A stretch of DNA of 63,260 nt, counting the filler. It is 8 parts of 8 records of this genome, joined end to end, with 100 filler letters (N's around TTAATTAATTAA, not from the genome) between each part and the next. Parts side by side here need not be neighbours in the genome. Positions count along the whole stretch, not along the records: positions 16,874 to 22,230 come from SRR2962707_3905; positions 22,331 to 34,313 come from SRR2962707_3907; 6 more parts are not named here. The stretch is one strand, 5' to 3'. Position numbers and translations under genes: made by a program. Position 1 is the stretch's first letter. Every line of letters starts with the position of its first letter. The notes beneath the pieces were generated by a model that was not told the DNA's origin, did no database searches, and worked only from the letters and a program-made list of their open reading frames with translations. Of this stretch, positions 18,559 through 27,951 are shown piece after piece.

Positions 18559-20058
18559 TCATGATTCCCCCAGTTCCTTGCGGATACGCTCGCGCATTTC
18601 TTCTTCGGTTTCGGTCTTTTCTTCGCGGGCTTGTTTTTCGTTCAACAGTTCCTGACGGATACGTGCTTCCATTTCCTCACGGGTTTCGGGGCTTGGCTCA
18701 GAAACAGTCGGTGTGAGTACTTCTTTGGTTACGTGTACGGGCGACTGTTTACGTTTGTCCGCATTCTGGCGCGATATTTCAGCTTTGTTTTCGGATTGTT
18801 CGTGGTGATCGATGAATGTCCGATCAGCAGAACCCATCAAGACTTCGCGGTGTGTCTTATCCACGCCGTTCGCTGCGGCATTTGCCGTAAGCCTTACTTG
18901 CAAATTAGACAGATGCTTTTGTGCGACGCGAGCAATCGCATCCCGCTTGCGCTCATACCAGGCTTCATATGAGGTTCGACTTGGGAAATTGCGGATAATA
19001 CCGCGTGCAGTAGCACTTTCCTTCCCGGCAAAGCCGGTTTTGTAACCGATACCAATACCCATAATCTGAATGAGAATGAACAGGGTCGCAAGAATGGCAT
19101 AGGTCGTCAGGTTGGCGGCATCGCGCGCGCCTTCTTGTTCATTTTCAGCCTGTTGGTCAGCGTCTGCCTGAGGTTGGGTAAGCGCACTGGGAAGCCCGTC
19201 AGATTGAAGATCACCAAGTGAGAAAATAGAGTTGCTTGATGGGGCATCCGAACCGATTGTTTCAGCCGTCTTTTCCTGCTGATACGTTTCATACCGCACA
19301 TAAGTGGCACCTACTGCAACGCCAATAATTGCGATTGTCGCAATGATCGTCCAGATCGGGGCGCCCGGGGTTACATGGGCGTTGGTATCAACACGGTGAA
19401 GGATCTGCATATAGGCAGGATCGTTGTCATCAACCTGATCATTTTCAAGCGTGACCTTGTTTGTGCGGCCCAAAAGGTTCGCCCGGTCTTCGTCCGTATC
19501 ATGCATCCACCAAGTACGGACTTTTTTGATCAAGCCGCGCTTGTGAAGTTCCTGACCAGACTGATGCGTGAGGAAAACCAATACACAAGAAATCAGGAAG
19601 GCAATGAAGAAGGACCCTTGAACCTGCAACTGTTCACTGGCACCTGGAAGCGTGTATCCTGCAAGAACATAGGCAAAACCGAGTGCCTCGACGAAAACCA
19701 TAGCAATCAGAAGAATGCGCATAAAGACGCCGAGTTCGTTTCGTCCGAGTTCTTGAACTTTGCCAAGATAGCTTTTGGAACGATCATACATTTCCGGATC
19801 GGCGGCAATACGGCGTATGTCACCGGCAAAGTCGTCACAAAGAGTTCGTTCTGATGCAAACCAGCCATCTTTACGCACTGACATGTCTTTTGCCAGTCGA
19901 CGCGTTTTGCCAATAATCGGCAAACTATACATCATGCTTTTGAAAAACAGTTTTACCTCGTCCCACCATGTGATGACGAGAATAACGAATATTGCCGTTA
20001 GTACGGCAGCCCCGATAATGGCGCGATAGGCCAGCAAGAATGCGTAAAGTTCATCCAT
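18559..20058 (-). CDS. Uncharacterised multi-pass membrane protein with charged helical C-terminal tail
   Basis: About five hydrophobic segments and an E/R/K-rich tail with the duplicated motif EEMEARIRQEL / EEMRERIRKEL. Starts 3 nt after the OmpA gene stop. Confidence 0.82.
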   Translation of the reverse strand: MDELYAFLLAYRAIIGAAVLTAIFVILVITWWDEVKLFFKSMMYSLPIIGKTRRLAKDMSVRKDGWFASERTLCDDFAGDIRRIAADPEMYDRSKSYLGKVQELGRNELGVFMRILLIAMVFVEALGFAYVLAGYTLPGASEQLQVQGSFFIAFLISCVLVFLTHQSGQELHKRGLIKKVRTWWMHDTDEDRANLLGRTNKVTLENDQVDDNDPAYMQILHRVDTNAHVTPGAPIWTIIATIAIIGVAVGATYVRYETYQQEKTAETIGSDAPSSNSIFSLGDLQSDGLPSALTQPQADADQQAENEQEGARDAANLTTYAILATLFILIQIMGIGIGYKTGFAGKESATARGIIRNFPSRTSYEAWYERKRDAIARVAQKHLSNLQVRLTANAAANGVDKTHREVLMGSADRTFIDHHEQSENKAEISRQNADKRKQSPVHVTKEVLTPTVSEPSPETREEMEARIRQELLNEKQAREEKTETEEEMRERIRKELGES

Positions 20059-20061
20059 GGA

Positions 20062-21618
20062 TTACTGTTCCGTACTTTTAGCAAGTTTCAGGTTCATCCC
20101 GTTGGCAAAAACCTGACTGTTCTTGTCGTAGTAAATTCGGGATTCTGCGGTTTTGTTTTTGGCGCTTCCCTTGGGGAAGAAGACATCGACGCATCTTACA
20201 GGCCAGACATTTTCATCAAGAAATACCCGATAAATCACACCGTTCTGGCCGGCATAGGATCGCGCAGACCCTGTGGTGTGAAGTGCAGGGGTTTCGTCGC
20301 CTTTTTGGTAGTTATCAAAGACATAGAAATCGGGTTGTTTGTCGACCAGACCGCTATCTTTAAGAACGGCAACATTGGTCAACCCAACAAGGTGACCATT
20401 CACATTGTCATGCCAGGATGTCGAATAAAGTCCTGATACATAGTCCGAAGTGCGCCGGAGTGGTTTGTCATCATCAAGTGACATAACTGCGCCAACTGGG
20501 CGATAGGTGTCATTGATGCAGGTTGTCCCTAACATGGGGTCATCATTGGAAGCCTGCGCATCGGAAATAGGCCAAAGAGACGCCATCAGACTTTTGCCCT
20601 CTTCTTTCTTTTCGATTTGCTCAGCAAGGTTTTGGTCATACTCCGCAATGGATTGGCCGCCGAAATCGATAGAAGTTCCTGATTTTAGCGCTTTGGGCGG
20701 AGGAGCAATATCCTTTGTGGCAACCTGAACTTTATCTGAAGGTTTGGGAGAGGTTTGAGCTTTCGGTGGTGCCGGGGGCGTTTCAGGTATTTCCTGAGAT
20801 GCCGCAACGCGGGCAGGCAAAAGCGGATCGCTTTCTACGAAACTGTCATAGGCGATGATACCGTCTTCAGTTTCAAGTTCGACAACTTCAACGCGCCGGT
20901 TTGTCGCCCGGCCTTCTGGTGTTTGGTTGGTTGCTATTGGTCGGTCAGCACCGGCACCTTTGTAATAAAGGTCTGATACGGGGATGCCTGAGTTCGAAAA
21001 GATTTTGGCAACCTCACGCGCGCGTTGTTCAGAAAGTTTGCGGTTGAAGGCATCCGGGCCGGTTGCATCTGTATGCCCGACAATGAGAACTTTGCGGTTT
21101 TTATCGGCATATGTTTTTGCCAGTTCCTGCAAGTCTTGAGCTGCAGATGGTGTTGGTTGTGAGTCGCCGGTTTCAAACATTGCAGTATTTGATACCGTTA
21201 CGGCGATACCCTGTTCACCCTCTTTTTGCGAGGTGTCATCCGGGTTAACCCAGCTTCCAGACGCCGGGGCTGTAATAGCCTGAACGTTAAGATCGGTTTC
21301 TTTCATGCGTTGCTGAACAGCCGCAAGTTCCTTGCATCTGCTTTGCAGATAAGATTGTAGACCTTTGCCTGCCAGGCCACCGGCAGCACCTCCGGCAACG
21401 GTCGCAAGGCCTCTATTGTCGCCGCCAAGCAGAAGGCCAAGCCCGATGCCAATCACCGCCCCGCCTATCACATAGGCGGCTTCGTTATATTCGCATTCGC
21501 CGTTCGCACCGGGTGTAGTGCTTAGATAATTAGCGCTACTGCCATTGGTTACGCAGCCACTTAGCAAACTGGTTGCGCATAAAGAAGCAACCAGTGCCTT
21601 TGCAGGCTTGAATTTCAT
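20062..21618 (-). CDS. OmpA-family lipoprotein (glycine zipper, OmpA_C peptidoglycan-binding domain, extra C-terminal domain)
   Basis: Lipobox LLSGC, GGAVIGIGLG…GGAAGGLAG zipper, VGHTDATG…NRKLSEQRA…GRATNRRVE, then a Pro-rich linker and an unassigned C-terminal region. Start at MKFKPAK. Confidence 0.88.
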   Translation of the reverse strand: MKFKPAKALVASLCATSLLSGCVTNGSSANYLSTTPGANGECEYNEAAYVIGGAVIGIGLGLLLGGDNRGLATVAGGAAGGLAGKGLQSYLQSRCKELAAVQQRMKETDLNVQAITAPASGSWVNPDDTSQKEGEQGIAVTVSNTAMFETGDSQPTPSAAQDLQELAKTYADKNRKVLIVGHTDATGPDAFNRKLSEQRAREVAKIFSNSGIPVSDLYYKGAGADRPIATNQTPEGRATNRRVEVVELETEDGIIAYDSFVESDPLLPARVAASQEIPETPPAPPKAQTSPKPSDKVQVATKDIAPPPKALKSGTSIDFGGQSIAEYDQNLAEQIEKKEEGKSLMASLWPISDAQASNDDPMLGTTCINDTYRPVGAVMSLDDDKPLRRTSDYVSGLYSTSWHDNVNGHLVGLTNVAVLKDSGLVDKQPDFYVFDNYQKGDETPALHTTGSARSYAGQNGVIYRVFLDENVWPVRCVDVFFPKGSAKNKTAESRIYYDKNSQVFANGMNLKLAKSTEQ

Positions 21619-21835
21619 GAAAACCCCAAATTCAATCAAAATGTGTATTAGTCCCCACAAATACTATTAACGTTACTGGCGCTCAGTCAGCAAGCATTGT
21701 TTGGATGTTTATGAGAGATTATGTTTTGGCGTGCCGCAGTGCAAAAAGTGGCTTGCAGTGCATGGCAAGTTTGGGTAATTTTCGTAAAAATTAAAGATAA
21801 ATATTGTACGAATATTATCAAACGGGAGATTCCTG

Positions 21836-22230
21836 ATGGCTGCTGCCCCGCGTCCGCGCCGTTCTGTTTTGTATATGCCGGGATCGAACGCCCGCGCGCT
21901 GGAAAAGGGCAGGAGCCTTCCGGCGGATGGACTTATTCTGGATCTGGAAGATGCAGTTGCACCCGATGCCAAGGATAGTGCGCGCGATCAGATTGTCAGT
22001 GCCCTTGCCGAAGGGGGTTATGGCAAACGCGAAATTCAGATCAGAACCAATGGCCTGAATACGCCGTGGGGATATGCCGACATTGTTGCTGCGGCCAAAA
22101 CGTCTGCCGATGCCATCTTGCTGCCAAAGGTCGAAAGTGCCGATACCGTCCGCCAAGTGGCCGCGATCATGGAGGCCGAAAGTGCCCATGATGGCATGAC
22201 CATCTGGTGCATGATGGAAACCCCGCTTGC
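21836..22230 (+). CDS. CitE/HpcH-family CoA ester lyase (malyl-CoA lyase/thioesterase-like), 3'-truncated
   Basis: RPRRSVLYMPGSNARALEK, ILDLEDAVAP, ILLPKVES and WCMMETP. Confidence 0.88.
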
Positions 22231-22330
22231 NNNNNNNNNNNNNNNNNNNNNNNNNNNNNNNNNNNNNNNNNNNNTTAATTAATTAANNNNNNNNNNNNNN
22301 NNNNNNNNNNNNNNNNNNNNNNNNNNNNNN
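22231..22330. other. Artificial contig spacer
   Basis: N-TTAATTAATTAA-N. Confidence 0.99.
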
Positions 22331-22461
22331 CCGTTGGGTCCGATCAGCGTGACGATCTCGCCCTTGCGGATGGTCAGGTCAACTCCGCGCACAAGCCAGC
22401 GCCCGGAGCGTTCGGCACCTGCGCGCTCCAGCGAGATCAAAGGGGGTTCTGGTTGCAGCAT
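22331..22461 (-). CDS. znuC: Zinc ABC transporter ATPase, N-terminal fragment
   Basis: GVDLTIRKGEIVTLIGPNG (start of Walker A), divergent from znuA. Confidence 0.85.
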
Positions 22462-22509
22462 TTCGATTCCTCAAAAAACCGGCTTTCCGATCTTGCCTGA
22501 TGATATGGC

Positions 22510-22550
22510 ACACGTTATACCGTTACACAACAATGTAACTATATAACATT
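22510..22550. promoter_or_regulatory. Two Zur-box-like sites between znuC and znuA
   Basis: AATGTAACTATATAACATT (22532-22550) and an inverted related copy GTGTAACGGTATAACGTGT (22528-22510). Both resemble the AATGTTATAnTATAACATT consensus. Confidence 0.72.
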
Positions 22551-22562
22551 CAGGAGATTTTC

Positions 22563-23579
22563 ATGACCACGCTTCGCAGCTTTGCCGCCAGCGCCTGCCT
22601 TTGCCTTGCGTTCCTGCCAGCCTCGATTGTGCAAAGCACTGCCGAGCCGCGCGTCGTCACCTCGATCAAGCCGGTTCACTCGCTGGTGGCGTCTGTCATG
22701 GAAGGCGTTGGCATGCCGGATCTGATTGTCAGCGGTGCTGCCTCGCCGCACGCCTATGCGCTCAAGCCCAGCCAGGCGCTGGCGTTGGAAAAAGCGGATC
22801 TGATTTTCTGGATCGGCCACGAGCTCGAGAGCTTTCTGGAAAAACCCATCGAGACAATCGGGGCGAATGCCCGTGCGGTGGAACTGATCGACAGCGACGG
22901 CTTGATCCAGCTGCCGTTTCGCGAAGGCGGCCCCTTTGAGGCTCACATGCACGATGAGCATGAAGACCATGCGGACGGCGCCGATCATGATCACAAAGAG
23001 GGCGAAGAGCATGCAGAAGCTGATGGTGACGCCCAAGACGACCACCAAGACCATGATGAGGGCTTCGACGCCCACCTGTGGCTTGATCCGCTCAATGCCA
23101 AGGTCTTTGTCAGGGCTATCGGCGAAGCACTGTCAGCAACTGACCCGGCCAATGCATCGACCTACGCCGCCAATGTTGCCCGCACCAACGAGAAGCTCGA
23201 CGCCTTGATCGACGAGGTCAACGCCACCCTCGCCCCGGTTCACGGCAAGCAGTTCATCGTGTTTCATGATGCCTACCAGTATTTCGAAAAGCGCTTCGAC
23301 ATGGAGGCAGCGGGGTCGATTACCGTTAATCCAGAGGTGCGTCCGAGCGCCGAAAGAGTTGCCGCGATCCGAGACAAGATGCGTGAACTTGGTGCGGCCT
23401 GCGCGTTTTCGGAACCACAGTTCGACAGCCAGCTGATTGACGTCGCGATTGAAGGCACTTCGGCGCGGACTGCAGTTCTTGATCCCCTGGGGGCAACACT
23501 TGATGACGGGCCGGAGCTGTATTTCGATCTGATCCGCACCCTCGCCACATCAATGCACGACTGCCTCCAGAACGGCTAA
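22563..23579 (+). CDS. znuA: Zinc ABC transporter substrate-binding protein
   Basis: VVTSIKPVHSLV, ASPHAYALKPS, His/acidic loop, DAHLWLDP and VFHDAYQYFE. Confidence 0.95.
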   Translation: MTTLRSFAASACLCLAFLPASIVQSTAEPRVVTSIKPVHSLVASVMEGVGMPDLIVSGAASPHAYALKPSQALALEKADLIFWIGHELESFLEKPIETIGANARAVELIDSDGLIQLPFREGGPFEAHMHDEHEDHADGADHDHKEGEEHAEADGDAQDDHQDHDEGFDAHLWLDPLNAKVFVRAIGEALSATDPANASTYAANVARTNEKLDALIDEVNATLAPVHGKQFIVFHDAYQYFEKRFDMEAAGSITVNPEVRPSAERVAAIRDKMRELGAACAFSEPQFDSQLIDVAIEGTSARTAVLDPLGATLDDGPELYFDLIRTLATSMHDCLQNG

Positions 23580-23770
23580 CGGCCTCCGGCCTCCGGCACT
23601 GTCCATGCCCGCGATGACAAGTAGAACTTGCGGAACCATTGTGGATTTCGCAAGTTTGCTGACATAGGTACCCTCCCGAGTTGCCGGACACGCTGACATC
23701 AGGTAACCGGTTGCCATCGCAAAGACCCGTGACACCGCGTCTCGAAAAGCATGGATAGGAAAATGACACC

Positions 23771-24709
23771 ATGAGCGGACTGCTTGCCCTTCTCGATGAC
23801 GTCGCCGCACTGACCAAGCTGGCAGCAGCTCAACTGGACGATGTCACCGCGCAAGCGGCCAAAGTCGGCGTCAAGACAGCCGGCATCCTGATTGACGACA
23901 CCGCGGTCACGCCAAAATACGTAACCGGTCTTCCGGCAGCGCGTGAATTGCCCATCGTCTGGCAGATCGCGCGCGGCTCGCTGTTCAACAAGCTCGTCAT
24001 CCTGCTGCCGATTGCGATGCTGCTCAACGTGTTCGCACCCTGGCTGTTGTCACCGCTGCTGATGATCGGCGGCGGGTATTTGTGTTTCGAAGGCGCCGAG
24101 AAAATCTGGCATTTCTTTCATCCCGAACCGGTTCCGGTCTACGAAGACAATCCGATCGATCATGCCCATCTGGAAAAACAGAGGGTCAGCGGCGCGATCA
24201 AGACCGACTTCATCCTGTCGGCCGAGATCATGACGATTGCGCTGTCCTCGATTGAATCCGGCACGGTGTGGATGGAAGCCATGGTGCTGGCCGTGGTGGC
24301 CGTGGGCATCACCGCACTTGTCTACGGCAGCGTCGCCATTCTGGTCAAAGCCGACGATGTCGGCTTGAAGATGGCGCAGGGCGCCTATTTCGACGCGACG
24401 CGCAGCCTTGGCCGCGCCATTGTGCGCGGCATGCCCACCTTCATGGAGACCGTTGCCAGCATCGGTACTGCGGCCATGCTCTGGGTTGGCGGCTCAATCA
24501 TCATCCACGGTCTGGAAGGCTTCGGCATTTCGTTCTTCGGCCATCTGGTGGCAGATTCGTCAGCCGCGGTTCGCGAAGCCGTTGCTGTCGCCTCGGGCTT
24601 CCTCGGCTGGGCGACCGAAGCCCTGATCAGCGGCATTTTCGGCCTTGCTGTCGGTCTGGTTCTTCTGGCAATCATCAGCCTGGGCAAGCGTGTGTTCAAG
24701 CGCGGCTGA
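23771..24709 (+). CDS. DUF808 (YedI-like) inner membrane protein
   Basis: MSGLLALLDDVA, IDDTAVTPKYV, RELPIVWQIARGS and GAIKTDFILSAEIM. Confidence 0.9.
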   Translation: MSGLLALLDDVAALTKLAAAQLDDVTAQAAKVGVKTAGILIDDTAVTPKYVTGLPAARELPIVWQIARGSLFNKLVILLPIAMLLNVFAPWLLSPLLMIGGGYLCFEGAEKIWHFFHPEPVPVYEDNPIDHAHLEKQRVSGAIKTDFILSAEIMTIALSSIESGTVWMEAMVLAVVAVGITALVYGSVAILVKADDVGLKMAQGAYFDATRSLGRAIVRGMPTFMETVASIGTAAMLWVGGSIIIHGLEGFGISFFGHLVADSSAAVREAVAVASGFLGWATEALISGIFGLAVGLVLLAIISLGKRVFKRG

Positions 24710-24762
24710 GTATCACACCAAGATCAAGGGCACGCCTGACGATTGCGTGCCTTTTTTGCTGA

Positions 24763-27700
24763 TCATTCGCCGGGTGAAAGCTCCGGCTGTCCACCCTTGC
24801 GATTGGACATATCACCCGCTTCGCGCAACTCGACGTCGAGGCGGCGTTCCTCCTCGGCCGATGGCGTGGCGAAGCGGGCCAGCAGCAGATAGGCCACCGG
24901 GGTCAGGAACAAAGTGGCGATCATCGCCAATCCAAGCCCGCCGACGATCACCCAGCCAAGTGCAATGCGGGCTTCAGCGCCCGCTCCGAAGGCCACCAGC
25001 AAGGGCACCGAGCCGAGCACAGTGGAAATCATCGTCATCATCACAGGCCTGAGGCGGATGTTGGAAGCCTCTTCGATTGCCGCGCGGATATCCATGCCCT
25101 GATTACGCAACTGGTTGGCGAATTCGACAATCAGGATACCATTCTTGGCCATGACGCCGACGAGCAGCACAAGGCCGATCTGGCTATAGACGTTGAGCGA
25201 GCCACCGGTCATGGCCATGGCGAAGACCGCGCAAGCCAGGCCGAGCGGCACTGTCGAGATGATGATGAAGGCGCTGACAAAGCTTTCAAACTGCGCTGAA
25301 AGCACCAGCAGAACGACAATGATTGCGATGCCGAAGGTAATCAGCATATCATTGGAGGACTGATCCAGCGTGGCGGCTTCGGCAAGCGGAATGATCCGCA
25401 CACCAGCCGGTAGCAGTGGTTCGGCAATGCTGACGGCTTCGGACCAGGCATCCCCGAGTGCAAAAGCCGGGGTCAGGCCTGCGGTGATCGAGACCGAGCG
25501 CATCTGACTTTCGCGGCGCAGGTCGGGTGCCACCGCCTTTTCGGTCAGGGTGGCAATGGTCGACATCGGGATGATACGGCCATCACCGGCCTTGAGATAG
25601 ATCGATTCCAGATCCGTGGGATCGTTGATCGGGTTGTTGGTCGACAGCAGCTTGACCGGATAGGCGCGATCCTCGATGAAGACCTGCGCCACTTCCCTGC
25701 CGTCCAGCAACGCCTGCAAGGCTTCGGCCAGGCCGTCGATATTGACCCCGAGATCGGAGGCGCGTGCGCGATCGATCTGGACGGAAATCTGCGGCTGGGT
25801 GGTTTCATAGGAAAGCTGGATCTGGCGGAAGCGCGGATCCTGCTCGAGCTTCTCGACCATCTGCCGGCCAACCTCCGCCAGTTCGCCGTAATTGTTGCCG
25901 ACAAAAGCGAATTGAAGCCCATTGCCAGCACCCCGGATGCCCAGGCTGTTGGGCTGGATGGCAAAGGCGCGCAGGCCCGGAACCGTGGCAATGGCGCGGT
26001 TGAGTTCGGCGACGATATCGGCCTGCGAGCGCTCGCGTTCACCCCACGGCGCAAGCGTCAGCACCATGAAGCCGTTGTTGGACGAGCCGCCGGTACCGGC
26101 GATGGCGAAGATGTTCCGGACTTCACCGCTGTCGCGAAGCGGAGTCACCAGCCGCTCGATTTCGGTCATGCGGGACCGGGTGTAATCGAGACTTACACCT
26201 TGCGGGGCGGAGATCCGGACGAGTGCAACCGCCCGGTCTTCCGGCGGGGTGAGTTCCTGCGGGATGGTGGGCAGAAGAGCCAGCGCCGAGCCGGCGGTCA
26301 GGAGCGCGATGACGATCACCACCAGCGGCGCATCCAGCGCGCGGCGCAACCATTTTGCGTAGAGGCCGGACAGCGACGTGCCGAACCTTACAAACCCGCT
26401 CTGTTTGGCGGACGCCTTGGACATATCACGACGCTTGATCAGCCGGGACGCCAGCATCGGGCACAGTGTCAGCGCGACCACGCTGGAGATCATCACCGTG
26501 AAAGCCAGCACAAAGCCGAATTCCGTAAACAGGCCACCCGCCTGCCCCGGCAGGAACGAGATGGGGATGAAGACCGCTGCAAGCGTCGCGGTGGTGGTGA
26601 TGACGGCGAAGAACACCTCGCGCGTGCCGATCACAGCGGCGGCGCGAACGCCCATGCCTTCGTTGCGTTTGCGCACGATGTTTTCGAGCACCACGATCGC
26701 GTCGTCCACGACCATGCCGGTGGCGAGCACCAGCGCCAGCAGCGTCAGGATGTTGACCGAGAAACCGGCAAGCCAGATCGCCGCGAATGCTCCGATCAGC
26801 GACACCGGCAACGTGACTGCCGGAATGATGGTTGCTCGCCAGTCGCGCAGGAACAGGAAGATAATGGCGATGACGATGAGCACGGCCAGGACAAGCGTGT
26901 TGCGAACTTCATCGATTGCACCGCTGATGAAGGTCGCGTCATCACTGGTAACCCGAATGTCGACACCTTCGGGCAGGATGGCCTGAATGGCCTCGGTGGC
27001 TCCGCGCACGCCCTGCGAAATCTCAAGCGTATTGGATGCGGATTGCCGAATAATGCCCATGCCGATGCCGGTGCGGCCATTGGCGCGCAGCACGGAATCG
27101 CCCGGGTCGGCGCCAAGTGTGACGTTGGCAACATCGCGGAACCGGACCCGGTCGTTGATGTAAAGATCCTCAAAGCCTTCGGGCGTTGTCACGTCAGCGG
27201 TGGCGCGCACCACAATGTCGGATGTCTGCGCGGTCAGGGATCCGGCGGGCACATCAAGCGCTACGTTGCTCAGCGCGCTGCGCAGATCCGCCAGTGTCAG
27301 CCCGAAGGCCGCAAGTCGCGTCTGGTCGACGTCGACACGGAAAATCTTCTCGCGGTCGCCATAGACATTGACGTCGGCGACGCCGGGGACGGCGGCAAGA
27401 CGGTCGACCACCAGATCCTCGACCAGAATGGTCATGTCCTGGACATTGTAGCGGTCAGACGTCACGGCCAGACGCATCACCGGATCGGAATTGGCGTCGG
27501 CCTTGACGATGCGCGGATCATCGGCGCCATCGGGCATGTTGTTGGTGACGCGACCAAGCGCATCACGTACGTCGGAGGCTGCAACATTGAGATCGGTGCT
27601 GTCGGAGAACTCAACCGTCACACGGCTGCGGCCGAGCGTGGATGTCGACGACATGGAGGCAACGCCGGCAACCCGTGCCACGGCCCCTTCGACGATGGCA

Positions 27701-27951
27701 GTCAGTTCGCGGTCGACAGTTTCCGGCGAGGCTCCGCTGAAAGCGGTGGTGACGGTGATCACCGGACGGTCGACATCAGGCAGCTCGCGAATTTCGGCTC
27801 CATAAAGACCGGCAAGGCCAGCCACAACGATGAGCAAACTTATAACGGTCGCCAGCACGGGCCGGCGAACCATCAGCGCGGTGCCGCCACCTGTTTCGGC
27901 GTCATTGCCCGGCATGTTTTCGCTCTCGACGCCGTTTTGGTCCGCGCTCAT
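24763..27951 (-). CDS. RND efflux transporter permease subunit (AcrB family)
   Basis: 1062 aa with GMVVDDAIVVLENI, KNGILIVEFA and RLRPVMMT. Confidence 0.96.
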   Translation of the reverse strand: MSADQNGVESENMPGNDAETGGGTALMVRRPVLATVISLLIVVAGLAGLYGAEIRELPDVDRPVITVTTAFSGASPETVDRELTAIVEGAVARVAGVASMSSTSTLGRSRVTVEFSDSTDLNVAASDVRDALGRVTNNMPDGADDPRIVKADANSDPVMRLAVTSDRYNVQDMTILVEDLVVDRLAAVPGVADVNVYGDREKIFRVDVDQTRLAAFGLTLADLRSALSNVALDVPAGSLTAQTSDIVVRATADVTTPEGFEDLYINDRVRFRDVANVTLGADPGDSVLRANGRTGIGMGIIRQSASNTLEISQGVRGATEAIQAILPEGVDIRVTSDDATFISGAIDEVRNTLVLAVLIVIAIIFLFLRDWRATIIPAVTLPVSLIGAFAAIWLAGFSVNILTLLALVLATGMVVDDAIVVLENIVRKRNEGMGVRAAAVIGTREVFFAVITTTATLAAVFIPISFLPGQAGGLFTEFGFVLAFTVMISSVVALTLCPMLASRLIKRRDMSKASAKQSGFVRFGTSLSGLYAKWLRRALDAPLVVIVIALLTAGSALALLPTIPQELTPPEDRAVALVRISAPQGVSLDYTRSRMTEIERLVTPLRDSGEVRNIFAIAGTGGSSNNGFMVLTLAPWGERERSQADIVAELNRAIATVPGLRAFAIQPNSLGIRGAGNGLQFAFVGNNYGELAEVGRQMVEKLEQDPRFRQIQLSYETTQPQISVQIDRARASDLGVNIDGLAEALQALLDGREVAQVFIEDRAYPVKLLSTNNPINDPTDLESIYLKAGDGRIIPMSTIATLTEKAVAPDLRRESQMRSVSITAGLTPAFALGDAWSEAVSIAEPLLPAGVRIIPLAEAATLDQSSNDMLITFGIAIIVVLLVLSAQFESFVSAFIIISTVPLGLACAVFAMAMTGGSLNVYSQIGLVLLVGVMAKNGILIVEFANQLRNQGMDIRAAIEEASNIRLRPVMMTMISTVLGSVPLLVAFGAGAEARIALGWVIVGGLGLAMIATLFLTPVAYLLLARFATPSAEEERRLDVELREAGDMSNRKGGQPELSPGE

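Noticed and set aside
18559-21618. Calling the OmpA plus membrane protein pair Zorya ZorAB or MotAB
   Set aside because: The OmpA protein is a lipoprotein with a glycine zipper rather than a single-TM MotB/ZorB with the conserved Asp. Gene order differs and no ZorC/D/E-like genes are present. Kept only as an analogy.
11044-22230. Bacteria-to-eukaryote horizontal transfer implied by juxtaposed intron-containing and bacterial genes
   Set aside because: Every such junction coincides with an artificial spacer.
22940-23065. His-rich tract in ZnuA as a second novel metal chaperone
   Set aside because: The His/acidic loop is a standard ZnuA feature.
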